16,290 nucleotides of DNA from a bacterium (GCA_945861295.1 CAMAUF010000008.1:1-16290); one strand, 5' to 3'; shown: positions 6,359 to 14,404, counted from the first letter of the stretch. The notes: a model not told the origin generated them from the letters alone. Numbers and translations: made by a program.

Positions 6359-7978
6359 CTATGACAGCAGCGTCACCAGTCCCGCCAAGCCATCAACCCG
6401 AATGCGGGCTCCGTCGGCGATCTGGGCCGTCGCGTCGCCGGCGCCCACGACAGCCGGGATGCCGTACTCCCGCGCCACGATCGCCGGGTGCGAGAGGATG
6501 CCGCCGCGGTCGGTCACGACAGCGCCCAGCAGCGGCAGCACGACGTTGTACGCCGGGGTCGTCATGCTGGCCACCAGGATGTCGCCGGGCTCGAGCCGCT
6601 CGAAGTCGCCTTCGCCCCTGATCAGACGAGCGCGGCCTTCGTAGACGCCCGCGCTCGCCCCCACGCCCCGCAGCTCCCGGCTCGGCGGCGAGACCTCGTC
6701 AGCGGTGTCCTCCAGGCTCATCGCCGCAAACAAGGCGCCCATGATCCGCTCCATGGCAGGCGGCAGTTCGCCGTCGGGCGGCGGGGCGTCCTCGCCCAGC
6801 CGTCGCGGAGGCGCGGGCGCGGGCGTGCGGCGCAGAGAACCACGAGCCGCCAACTCCGCCTGCGTCGGCCGTCCGCCCTGTCCGGTGAGGAGCGCCGCAA
6901 GCTCCCCTCCGCTGGCGTCGAAGATGTCGTCCACTTCGGCAATCTCGCCCCGTGCGGCCAGGCGCCGCCCGGCCTCCAGCAAGCCGCGCCGCACGAGGCC
7001 AATGGGCTGCTGGGTGGTCGGGCCGCTGTCGTCGTCGCGGAGGCCGTAGCCAAGGATGGCGTCGTCGATGATGGTTTCGAGGGCCGCGCGATCGTCCGGG
7101 CCAGCGGCCGCGCGAAGCTCAGCCAACAGACCCAAATCGCGCGGCGGCGGCATAGCGCCGGCCCGGATGGTCGCGAGAAAGAGCCCCGGAAGCTCGGCCA
7201 TCGTCTGGTGGGTGAAATCGAAGCCAGTAAACACCTGCCACCCGTGCTCGTCGAGGTAGGCGTCGATCGCATCCCGGACGGGCTGGGATGAACCGCGCAG
7301 GGCGGCGAGCGCGGCCTCGGGATCGCCACCACTCGACGAGATGCGCGCGGCCTCCGGGTCGGCGGCGATCGCGTCCCTGATACGCCCGACCGCCGCGGCG
7401 GGCGCCACCGAAGCCGGAGAAGCGCCGGCGAGGGCGCGAATCGTGCGCTCCGGCGGCCAGCCTGCGAGGCGGCCCGCCTCCATCAGCAACAGGCCGACGC
7501 TGACCCAATGCGCGACCGCATCGAGGAAGTGGCGCGTCGCCGCATCGCGGAGAAGCCCGAGCGCGCCGGCCAGATGGGCGGCGAGGGCCTCGTCGCTCAG
7601 GCCGGCCGGGTCGACCGCTTGAATGGCGCGGTTTCGCGCGACGAAGACGGCGCGGGCCGAGGATGACCACTCGTCCGCGATGGCGCGCCAGGGCCGGGTC
7701 GTTAGGGCGAGTTCGGCCGCCGCGATGCGGTCCGGAAACTCCTCGTCCGCGACTGGCGTCAACGTCCCAAAGAACCAGCCATGCAGATTGGCGGTCTCGA
7801 AGCGCGCGAACGGGATCCCGAACCGCGCGAATGCGTCGCTCGTTCCGGCGGCGAAGGCGCCACTGGCCATTTCGAGCCAGAGCGCGCTGAACGGGCGTTC
7901 CTGGTGGGCGGCATCGCGCTCCCACAAGCCCGGGCCGGGGGGTGCCCAGATGACTTCGACGGGGTTGGCTGTGCTCAT
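6359..7978 (-). CDS. PEP-utilising enzyme paralog 3 (divergent): RPH-like substrate-domain + C-terminal phospho-His 'swivel' (PEP-utilisers mobile) domain, no ATP-grasp
   Basis: ATG at 7978..7976 (MSTANPVEVIW...) overlaps the TetR stop TGA (7977..7975) as ATGA, i.e. translational coupling. The C-terminus 'GVGASAGVYEGRARLI...EPGDILVASMTTPAYNVVLPLLGAVVTDRGGILSHPAIVAREYGIPAVVG' is the PpsA/PPDK mobile-domain signature. The central 'GWQVFTGFDFTHQTMAELPGLFLATIRA' aligns with 'GCRGPNEWESRNDTWETRPELVLAAIDRMR' of paralogs 1 and 2. The 37 codons upstream of this ATG in the track ORF are Gly/Arg low-complexity. Confidence 0.8.
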   Translation of the reverse strand: MSTANPVEVIWAPPGPGLWERDAAHQERPFSALWLEMASGAFAAGTSDAFARFGIPFARFETANLHGWFFGTLTPVADEEFPDRIAAAELALTTRPWRAIADEWSSSARAVFVARNRAIQAVDPAGLSDEALAAHLAGALGLLRDAATRHFLDAVAHWVSVGLLLMEAGRLAGWPPERTIRALAGASPASVAPAAAVGRIRDAIAADPEAARISSSGGDPEAALAALRGSSQPVRDAIDAYLDEHGWQVFTGFDFTHQTMAELPGLFLATIRAGAMPPPRDLGLLAELRAAAGPDDRAALETIIDDAILGYGLRDDDSGPTTQQPIGLVRRGLLEAGRRLAARGEIAEVDDIFDASGGELAALLTGQGGRPTQAELAARGSLRRTPAPAPPRRLGEDAPPPDGELPPAMERIMGALFAAMSLEDTADEVSPPSRELRGVGASAGVYEGRARLIRGEGDFERLEPGDILVASMTTPAYNVVLPLLGAVVTDRGGILSHPAIVAREYGIPAVVGAGDATAQIADGARIRVDGLAGLVTLLS

Positions 7979-8562
7979 CGTGTTGGTTCCTCGCAGAGTT
8001 GATGGATTGCCCAGGCCACGGCCGCCGCCGCCTCTTCGCCCGAAGCGCCCAGGTACTCCTGGAAAAACCCGAGCGTTTCCGAGGTGCACAGCACCGTGAC
8101 CACTGAGACCAGCTTTTCGAAGGCGTCCGGGCTGAGCCGGGACCGCATGCCCGTGAGGGCCTCTCCGACCATCCGCTTTCGGTCGGCCACCTGTTCCCGG
8201 CGGATGGCAATGCCTTCGGCCGAGCGGAACGCCGGCGCCATGAGCGCCTGCCGGCCGCTGAGATGCGGGGCCACCTTTGCTACATGTTCTGCGAGCTCGG
8301 CGGCCGAGGTTGGGTCCGGCAAGGGGCTGAGGCCCGTCCGTGCGTCGAGGTGGTCGCTGATCGCACGGATCAGCGTCGCCTTGTCGGAGAAGTGGTGGTA
8401 GACGGTTGGGACCGAGACGCCGGCTTCGCGGGCCACCGCCGGGATCGAAAGGGCGCCCGGTCGCCGCTCGAGCAGGGCCACGGCTGCATCGAGGATGCGC
8501 TGCGCGGTGGCCGCTGCTTGGGCCTGGCGCAGCGGACTTCGGTAGCCGCCTTCGGTTCGCAT
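7975..8562 (-). CDS. TetR/AcrR family transcriptional regulator
   Basis: N-terminal HTH 'AQRILDAAVALLERRPGALSIPAVAREAGVSVPTVYHHFSDKATLI'. I take the start at ATG 8562..8560 (MRTEGG...). Alternative starts are 8568 and 8616; the 8616 start would place the palindromic candidate operator inside the CDS, so I disfavour it. Confidence 0.8.
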   Translation of the reverse strand: MRTEGGYRSPLRQAQAAATAQRILDAAVALLERRPGALSIPAVAREAGVSVPTVYHHFSDKATLIRAISDHLDARTGLSPLPDPTSAAELAEHVAKVAPHLSGRQALMAPAFRSAEGIAIRREQVADRKRMVGEALTGMRSRLSPDAFEKLVSVVTVLCTSETLGFFQEYLGASGEEAAAAVAWAIHQLCEEPTR

Positions 8563-8607
8563 GTTCATTAAACGAATCGTATTGCCAATGTGGGACGACG
8601 TCAAGGA

Positions 8608-8619
8608 CATGCGCATGTC
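8608..8619. promoter_or_regulatory. Perfect 12-bp palindrome ACATGCGCATGT in the TetR / PEP-utiliser divergent promoter region; candidate TetR operator
   Basis: The sequence is its own exact reverse complement. It lies 60 bp upstream of the paralog-1 ATG and ~46 bp upstream of the preferred TetR start on the other strand. Two TTAAAC-containing elements (8569-8574, 8630-8635) and a -10-like TAAACT flank it. Confidence 0.4.
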
Positions 8620-8679
8620 GAACCGTCCGTTAAACTTCGCCTGCTAGAGGCCGCCGATGCGGCGCAAGGAGTGAGCAAC

Positions 8680-10416
8680 ATGGATCCTTGGATCGTGGGT
8701 AGCGAACCCAGCACGCGGTATCCCGTTTGGACGCGGGCGAACGTGGGGGAAGTCTTCCCCGACCCGGTGGCGCCGCTCTCGTTCACGTTATTCATGGAGG
8801 AGTCGGTCGAGGGCGCCTGGCGCGATGCCCTCGTCCGCATGGGCGCGTTCACCCACGACGAGTTCGCCGATGGCAGAATGGAAGCGCTCGGCATCCATGG
8901 CGGCTACTGCTACCTCAACGCCTCCGTCACGCGCATCCTTGGCGAGCGCTCGCCTGGGCTTTCCGCTCAACTGATGGACGATATCTTCTTCGGGGCGCAG
9001 CCCGGCATCCCGCCCTATGTCGAAGCGCCCGGCGACCGCAACCCGGAGCGCGAGGCCGCCGTCGGCAAGACCTTCGAATGGGTGATGACCACGCCCACGC
9101 TCGAAGAGCCCGCGAAGGACGCCGCGATCCAGGACGCGCTCCACCGCGCCCGGCCGAACATCGAAGCCATGTCCAACGAGGCCATCTGGGCCTACGCCAA
9201 GGAGATCCTCGCCAAACACTTCCGCAAGCTCTTCAGCGAGCACATTTTCATCACGTTCCTGAGCCCGGTCCCGGTCGGCGTCTTGACGCAGATTTGCGCC
9301 GCCGTGGGCCGCCCGACCGACGTGATGCGGGTGATCTCCGGGGTCGGCGATGTCGAATCGGCCGCGCCGTCGATGTTGATGTGGAAGCTCAGCCGCCGAG
9401 TGGCCGCCGACCCGGCACTGATGGCCGCGTTCGACCAAGGCGTGGCCGGGCTGCCCGGCCGTCTTAGGGCGAGCACGGCGCCCGGCGCCGCAGCGTTCCT
9501 GACCGACTTCGCCGACTTCATCGACAAGTTCGGCTGCCGCGGCCCCAATGAGTGGGAATCGCGCAACGACACTTGGGAGACGAGGCCGGAACTCGTGCTC
9601 GCCGCCATCGACCGGATGCGTCTTGCGCCAGATTCTTCGGCCCCGCTGGCCAAGAACGAGCACATGGCCGAAGACCGGGTCAAAGCCGTGCTCGAAATCT
9701 CTGAACTGCTGGCCGGCGACCCGGCCACCCAGGGCATGTTCCTCGCGGCCGCCCGCGCCGCCGTCATCTTCCAGGCCGGCCGCGAGCGGACGAAGACGAA
9801 CTGCGTCAAGCTGATCCATGAAGCCCGGATTGGGCTGCACACCATCGGCCATCGCCTGGTCGCCGCTGGCCGCTGCGACGATTTTCGCGATTACGCGCTG
9901 CTGAAAGCCGACGAGTTCGATGCCTGGCTCGCCAACCCGGCCCCGATGCGGGCAGAGTTGGCACGCCGCCGCGCCCTTTTCGACGAGTATATGTCCGTCC
10001 AGGAGCCTTTCGTCTTCGCTGGCACGATCCCGGACCCACGCACATGGCCCAAGAAGGCAGCCTCGACGGTCGTCCCCGCCAAGGTCGGCGACGTCCTGAC
10101 TGGCATGCCCGGTTGCCCCGGGAAGGTGACGGGCACCGCGCGCGTCGTGCTCGACCCCGCCGACCCCACGGCGTTGGGGCCTGGCGAGATCCTGGTCGCC
10201 CCGATCACCGACCCATCCTGGACGCCGCTGTTCGTGCCGGCGGCGGCCGTCGTCGTCGATGTCGGCGCCGCCCAAAGCCACGCCATGATCGTCAGCCGCG
10301 AACTGGGCATCCCCTGCGTGCCCTCGGTCACCCACGCGACAAAGCGCATCCCCGACGGCGCGACCATCGAAGTCGACGGGGACGCCGGGACCGTCACCAT
10401 CCTGGCGCTGCCGTAG
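8680..10416 (+). CDS. PEP-utilising enzyme paralog 1: RPH-like substrate-binding domain + C-terminal phospho-His swivel domain (no ATP-grasp/PPDK_N domain)
   Basis: ATG at 8680 with AAGGAG 8 nt upstream. 578 aa. The C-terminus is 'GMPGCPGKVTGTARVVLDPADPTALGPGEILVAPITDPSWTPLFVPAAAVVVDVGAAQSHAMIVSRELGIPCV' (PF00391-type). The upstream track start at 8590 would overlap the TetR region and lacks an RBS. Confidence 0.85.
   Translation: MDPWIVGSEPSTRYPVWTRANVGEVFPDPVAPLSFTLFMEESVEGAWRDALVRMGAFTHDEFADGRMEALGIHGGYCYLNASVTRILGERSPGLSAQLMDDIFFGAQPGIPPYVEAPGDRNPEREAAVGKTFEWVMTTPTLEEPAKDAAIQDALHRARPNIEAMSNEAIWAYAKEILAKHFRKLFSEHIFITFLSPVPVGVLTQICAAVGRPTDVMRVISGVGDVESAAPSMLMWKLSRRVAADPALMAAFDQGVAGLPGRLRASTAPGAAAFLTDFADFIDKFGCRGPNEWESRNDTWETRPELVLAAIDRMRLAPDSSAPLAKNEHMAEDRVKAVLEISELLAGDPATQGMFLAAARAAVIFQAGRERTKTNCVKLIHEARIGLHTIGHRLVAAGRCDDFRDYALLKADEFDAWLANPAPMRAELARRRALFDEYMSVQEPFVFAGTIPDPRTWPKKAASTVVPAKVGDVLTGMPGCPGKVTGTARVVLDPADPTALGPGEILVAPITDPSWTPLFVPAAAVVVDVGAAQSHAMIVSRELGIPCVPSVTHATKRIPDGATIEVDGDAGTVTILALP
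10228..10335. repeat. Near-identical nucleotide segment shared between paralog 1 and paralog 2 swivel-domain coding regions (second copy ~12033-12140); signature of tandem gene duplication
   Basis: The two segments, both beginning 'ccgctgttcgtgcc...gtcgtcgatgtcggcgc...agccacgccat.atcgtcagccgcgaact.ggcatcccctgcgtg', differ only at scattered positions. Confidence 0.6.
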
Positions 10417-10469
10417 CCCTCCGCCTACCCCGCGCGAAGAGGCTCGTGCAAACTGGAAGGGAAGACCGC

Positions 10470-12221
10470 ATGTCCAAGTTTCGCTGGATCGAAGATCAGC
10501 CAGTCAGTGAAAAGGCGCCATTTCTGACGCGCGCCAACGTGGGGGAAGTCATCCCGGAGCCCCCGAGCCCGCTCGGCTGGGATCTCGTTTGGGCGAAAGG
10601 CGGCGCCGTCCGCGGCTGGCGCGATTGCGCCGTCAATCGCTTCGGGATCGGCGATGACGAGATGGACGCGGACCCCGACCGCTGCGAATTCATCGGCCTG
10701 CAGGGCGGCTACGGCTACCTCAGCGCCACCTGGATCCGCGTTTGGGGCGAACGGACGCCCGGCCTCAGCGCCGCCGCGATCGACGCCGTCTACTTCGGCG
10801 ACCATCCGGACGTGCTGCCGTATGTCGCGGAGCCGTGGCACGAGAACCCAGCCACGACCGAGCGAATGACACGCTGGCTCGGGAACGTGATGGGCACCAT
10901 GGACCAATCTGAGCTTGAAGCGGACCGGCTGAGGGCGCGCGCAATCGCCGCGGCTCGCCCGAATCTGGCGGCCATGAGCGATGCCGACCTCCTGGCACGC
11001 GCAGTTAGCCTTCGGCCCGTGTGCCGAAGCATGTTTGACCAGCACATCAACCAGAGCGGCTCGGCGGCGCTTGGCCCGGGGACGATTTCGGCGATCTGCG
11101 CGGCGATTGGACGGCCGGAAGCGGCGATGCGGCTGATCGTGGGCTTCGGCGGCGTCGATTCGGCGGCGCCGTCGTACGCGATGTGGGAGTTGGGCCGAAA
11201 GGCGCGCGCCTCAAAAGCGCTGACGACGTTGTTCGACCAAGGCTACGCTGGCTTGAACGCTGCCCTGCGCGCCAGCGCTGATCCCGATGCGCAGGCATTC
11301 TGTCACGAACTCGACGCATTCATCACAGAGTTCGGTTCGCGGGGACCGAACGAGTGGGACCTCGTTTCGCCGACATGGGAGACGCAGCCCGATATCGCCC
11401 TGGCCGCGATCGACCGGATGCGGCTCGCTCCAGCATCAGCGGCGCCACAGGGCAACACGTCCAGCCGCGAAGCGGACCGGGCCGCCATCACCGCCGAAAT
11501 CGAGGCGCTGCTCGCCGGCGATCCCGATACCCTGGCTACCTTCCGCGCCGGCCTCGCCAGCTCCCGGACCTACGTCCCGGGCCGCGAACGTTCGAAGACC
11601 AACATCATCCGCGTGCTCGAAGAACAGCGCGTCGCCGTCTGGGAGATTGGTCGCCGCGCCGTCGCGCGCGGCGAAATCGAGCAAGCCAACGACATCTGCT
11701 TCCTCTTCGAAGACGAGCTGGAGCACTACATCGCCGGGACCCTAACCGGGATCGGCCCCACGGTGCGCGAGCGCCGCGCGTACCACGATTGGCTGCTCAC
11801 CCTCGAACCACCCTTCATCATCAACGGGACGCCACCGCCGAACACAACCTGGCGCAAGCGCGCGGACGCTCCCGTGGACGCTGTCACCCTCGGGCAAACG
11901 CTGACGGGGATGCCCGGCTGCCCAGGGACGGCCCGCGGCCGCGCCCGCGTCGTGCTCGACCCCTCGGACCCGACGCTGCTGGAAGCGGGCGACATCCTGA
12001 TCGCGCCCATGACGGACCCGGCCTGGACGCCGCTGTTCGTGCCCGCCGCCGCGGTGGTCGTCGATGTCGGCGCGACGCTGAGCCACGCCATCATCGTCAG
12101 CCGCGAACTCGGCATCCCCTGCGTGGTCTCGGTCACCGGGGCATCGCGGCGCATCCCAGACGGCGCGCTGGTCGAGGTCAACGGCGATGCTGGGACGGTC
12201 ACGATTCTGGAGCTGCCCTGA
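10470..12221 (+). CDS. PEP-utilising enzyme paralog 2 (tandem duplicate of paralog 1)
   Basis: ATG at 10470 (MSKFRWIEDQ...) with GGAAGGGAAG upstream. 583 aa. It is collinear with paralog 1 ('RANVGEV.P.P.SPL', 'RGPNEW....TWET.P...LAAIDRMRLAP', identical swivel-domain motif). The track start at 10044 gives an Arg/Pro-rich, non-protein-like extension that overlaps paralog 1. Confidence 0.85.
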   Translation: MSKFRWIEDQPVSEKAPFLTRANVGEVIPEPPSPLGWDLVWAKGGAVRGWRDCAVNRFGIGDDEMDADPDRCEFIGLQGGYGYLSATWIRVWGERTPGLSAAAIDAVYFGDHPDVLPYVAEPWHENPATTERMTRWLGNVMGTMDQSELEADRLRARAIAAARPNLAAMSDADLLARAVSLRPVCRSMFDQHINQSGSAALGPGTISAICAAIGRPEAAMRLIVGFGGVDSAAPSYAMWELGRKARASKALTTLFDQGYAGLNAALRASADPDAQAFCHELDAFITEFGSRGPNEWDLVSPTWETQPDIALAAIDRMRLAPASAAPQGNTSSREADRAAITAEIEALLAGDPDTLATFRAGLASSRTYVPGRERSKTNIIRVLEEQRVAVWEIGRRAVARGEIEQANDICFLFEDELEHYIAGTLTGIGPTVRERRAYHDWLLTLEPPFIINGTPPPNTTWRKRADAPVDAVTLGQTLTGMPGCPGTARGRARVVLDPSDPTLLEAGDILIAPMTDPAWTPLFVPAAAVVVDVGATLSHAIIVSRELGIPCVVSVTGASRRIPDGALVEVNGDAGTVTILELP

Positions 12222-12223
12222 CC

Positions 12224-14404
12224 GTGCCGACCCAGCTTTTCGCGTTCACCGACACGATCCCCGGGCCAAGCGACCGCGCCGCGCTGCTCGGCGGCAAGGG
12301 CGCCGGGTTAGTGGAGATGTCGCAGGCGCTCCGGTTGCCCGTGCCGCCGGGCTTCATCATCCCGACCAGCGTCTGTCTCGAATATCTCGCCTCCGGCTGG
12401 CCCGCTGGCCTCGATGAGGCGATCACCGAGCAACTTGCCCGCCTGGGCGACCAGCTTGGGCGCCGGCTCGGCGACGCCGCGGCCCCGCTGCTCGTCTCCG
12501 TCCGCTCCGGGGCTCCGGTCTCGATGCCTGGCATGATGGATACGGTCCTCAACGTCGGCATGACCGGCGCCGTCCGGGAGGCGCTGGCCGCGGCGACCGG
12601 CAACCCTCGATTCGCGGCCGACACCTGGTCGCGCTTCCTCCGCATGTACGCGACCACCGTGCTCAATGTCCAGTCCGCAGCGTTCGCGCCGCCCCCGAGC
12701 CGCACCGCCGATGCGATCGAGCTGCTTGCCGACGGCGATTTCACCCTCCGGGCAGCCACGAGCGCTGGCGTCGCCATCCCCCTCGACCCAACAGCCCAGG
12801 TCCGCGGCGCGGTCGAAGCGGTCTTCCGTTCTTGGCATTCCGAGCGCGCCAGGGCCTACCGGGCCCGCGAGCGCATCTCCGAGGAGCTCGGCACCGCCGT
12901 CGTCATCCAAGCCATGGTCTTCGGCAATCTCGACGACCGTTCTGGCTCCGGCGTCGTCTTCACCCGAGACCCTTCGACCGGCGAAAACGTCCCCTTCGGC
13001 GACTACCTCGCGCGCGCCCAGGGCGAGGACGTCGTCGCGGGCACGCACGCCGTCCACGGGCTCGGCCTCCTGCGCGACCAGCTCCCGGAGGTTGATGCGC
13101 AACTCAGAGCCATCCTCGGCCGCCTCGAACACCACTACCGCGACATGTGCGACGTCGAGTTTACGGTCAGCGAAGGCCGCCTCTTCATCCTGCAGACGCG
13201 CGTGGGCAAGCGCAGCCCTCTCGCCGCCGTGAGGATCGCCGTCGATATGGCCGAAGACCCGGACTTCCCGCTGACGGTCGATGAAGCCATCGCGCGCGTC
13301 GGCGCCGAGACCGTGCGACAGGCGGCTGCCGGTATCACCGTCGCGGCAGGGTCGATGCCGGCTGGCGAAGGCCTCGCCGCCTCGCCGGGCGTCGGCTGCG
13401 GCGTTCTCTGTTGCGACCCGGGCCGCGCCTACGAACTGTCGCAGGCGGGCACGCCGGTCGTCCTCGTGCGCCGCGAAACGTCGCCGGAGGACGTACACGG
13501 CATGATGGGCGCGGCCGCGATCGTAACGACCCTCGGCGGCGTCGCCAGCCATGCCGCGGTCGTCGCGCGCGGCTGGAACATCCCGGCAATCACAAGCCTG
13601 CGCGATGCCGAAGTCTCGGACGCGGGCCTCACGCTGCCTGACGGCTTCATGGCCGAAGGAGAACTCGTCACCGTCGACGGCGGCGCCGGGCGCTTGTACC
13701 GCGGGGATTGCCGCGGTGAAGGCGCAAGCGATTCGCCGCAACTCCGGACCTTCCGCCGCTGGCTCGCCGAGAGCGGCGGCGCGAGCGCGGCCCAGTCCGC
13801 CGGCGCCACAAGCGCGGTTGCGGTCGACCTCTACACCGTCGGGCGGGTCATCCAGCTGAAGGGCTTGTGCGGCCCAGAGCGTGCGGCGGCCATCCTGGGT
13901 GTCGCCACGGAAGCAGTTGAAGCCGTGATCGAGGCCAACGCGGCCTCGTTCAAAGCCACTCCTCGCGGCCTCGCCCTGACGCCTGAGGCGCGCGCGTGGG
14001 TGCTCGCTCAGGTCGTGGTCGAGCGGGACACCGGCGACCAAGCGGCGCTTCAGCCGTGTTACGCGCAGTTCACCGCGCTCGACCGTCGCTTCAAGCAACT
14101 CGTGACGGCCTGGCAGACGAGCGACCCGGCCGCGCCTGAACGCCATCCCGGCGCCGCCACCGCGCTCGCCGGGCTGCACGACGCGCTCCAGCCGGTGCTC
14201 GCCGCAGCCGCGGCCGCCTTCCCGCGCCTGGCGAGCTACCCTGTGCGGTTGGCCGCCGCGCTGGCCGCGTTCGCCGCCGGCGACGGCACGATGCTGGCCT
14301 CGCCGCTGAAGGACAGCTATCACACCGTGTGGTTCGAATACCACGAAGAGCTGATCGCGCTCTCCGGCCGCGACCGCGCCACCGAAGAAGCGGCCGGGCA
14401 CTGA
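12224..14404 (+). CDS. Truncated PPDK/PEP-synthase-like protein: PPDK_N ATP-grasp nucleotide-binding domain + central phospho-His domain, with the PEP/pyruvate TIM-barrel replaced by an unrelated ~260-aa Ala-rich helical C-terminal region
   Basis: GTG at 12224 with GGAG 11 nt upstream, 2 nt after the paralog-2 TGA (coupled). 'LLGGKGAGLVEMSQALRLPVPPGFIIPT...PLLVSVRSGAPVSMPGMMDTVLNVGMTGAV...TGNPRFAADTWSRFLRMY' matches the PPDK N-terminus almost motif-for-motif. 'LGGVASHAAVVARGWNIPAI' matches the PPDK catalytic-His segment (His codon cat 13550-13552). After residue ~470 I see no similarity to any PEP/pyruvate-binding domain. The 1016-aa track ORF is an upstream out-of-frame extension over paralog 2. 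Confidence 0.8.
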   Translation: MPTQLFAFTDTIPGPSDRAALLGGKGAGLVEMSQALRLPVPPGFIIPTSVCLEYLASGWPAGLDEAITEQLARLGDQLGRRLGDAAAPLLVSVRSGAPVSMPGMMDTVLNVGMTGAVREALAAATGNPRFAADTWSRFLRMYATTVLNVQSAAFAPPPSRTADAIELLADGDFTLRAATSAGVAIPLDPTAQVRGAVEAVFRSWHSERARAYRARERISEELGTAVVIQAMVFGNLDDRSGSGVVFTRDPSTGENVPFGDYLARAQGEDVVAGTHAVHGLGLLRDQLPEVDAQLRAILGRLEHHYRDMCDVEFTVSEGRLFILQTRVGKRSPLAAVRIAVDMAEDPDFPLTVDEAIARVGAETVRQAAAGITVAAGSMPAGEGLAASPGVGCGVLCCDPGRAYELSQAGTPVVLVRRETSPEDVHGMMGAAAIVTTLGGVASHAAVVARGWNIPAITSLRDAEVSDAGLTLPDGFMAEGELVTVDGGAGRLYRGDCRGEGASDSPQLRTFRRWLAESGGASAAQSAGATSAVAVDLYTVGRVIQLKGLCGPERAAAILGVATEAVEAVIEANAASFKATPRGLALTPEARAWVLAQVVVERDTGDQAALQPCYAQFTALDRRFKQLVTAWQTSDPAAPERHPGAATALAGLHDALQPVLAAAAAAFPRLASYPVRLAAALAAFAAGDGTMLASPLKDSYHTVWFEYHEELIALSGRDRATEEAAGH

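Noticed and set aside
7119-8210. 363-aa minus-strand ORF and 6488..7291(+), 6718..7332(-)
   Set aside because: These are alternative frames over paralog 3 and the TetR gene, with Arg/Pro/Gly-rich nonsense translations. The real frames are identified by the PEP-utiliser and TetR motifs.
8590-8679. Upstream extension of paralog 1 (track start 8590) and TetR start at 8616
   Set aside because: Both extensions would span the shared regulatory region and the 12-bp palindrome. An internal ATG with AAGGAG (paralog 1) and ATG 8562 (TetR) give family-typical N-termini.
8788-10335. 515-aa minus-strand ORF, plus 9891..10400(-) and 11726..12202(-)
   Set aside because: All are antisense to the PEP-utiliser paralogs, with no domain signatures. 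Artefacts.
10044-10469. Upstream extension of paralog 2 from track start 10044
   Set aside because: The extension overlaps paralog 1 out of frame and encodes Arg-rich low-complexity sequence. The conserved N-terminus 'RANVGEV' aligns with paralog 1 only from the ATG at 10470, which has an SD.
11354-14404. 1016-aa plus-strand ORF (upstream extension of the PPDK-like gene)
   Set aside because: The first 870 nt overlap the paralog-2 CDS in another frame and translate to Arg/Pro-rich nonsense. PPDK_N homology begins right after the GTG at 12224, which has its own RBS and is coupled to the upstream stop.
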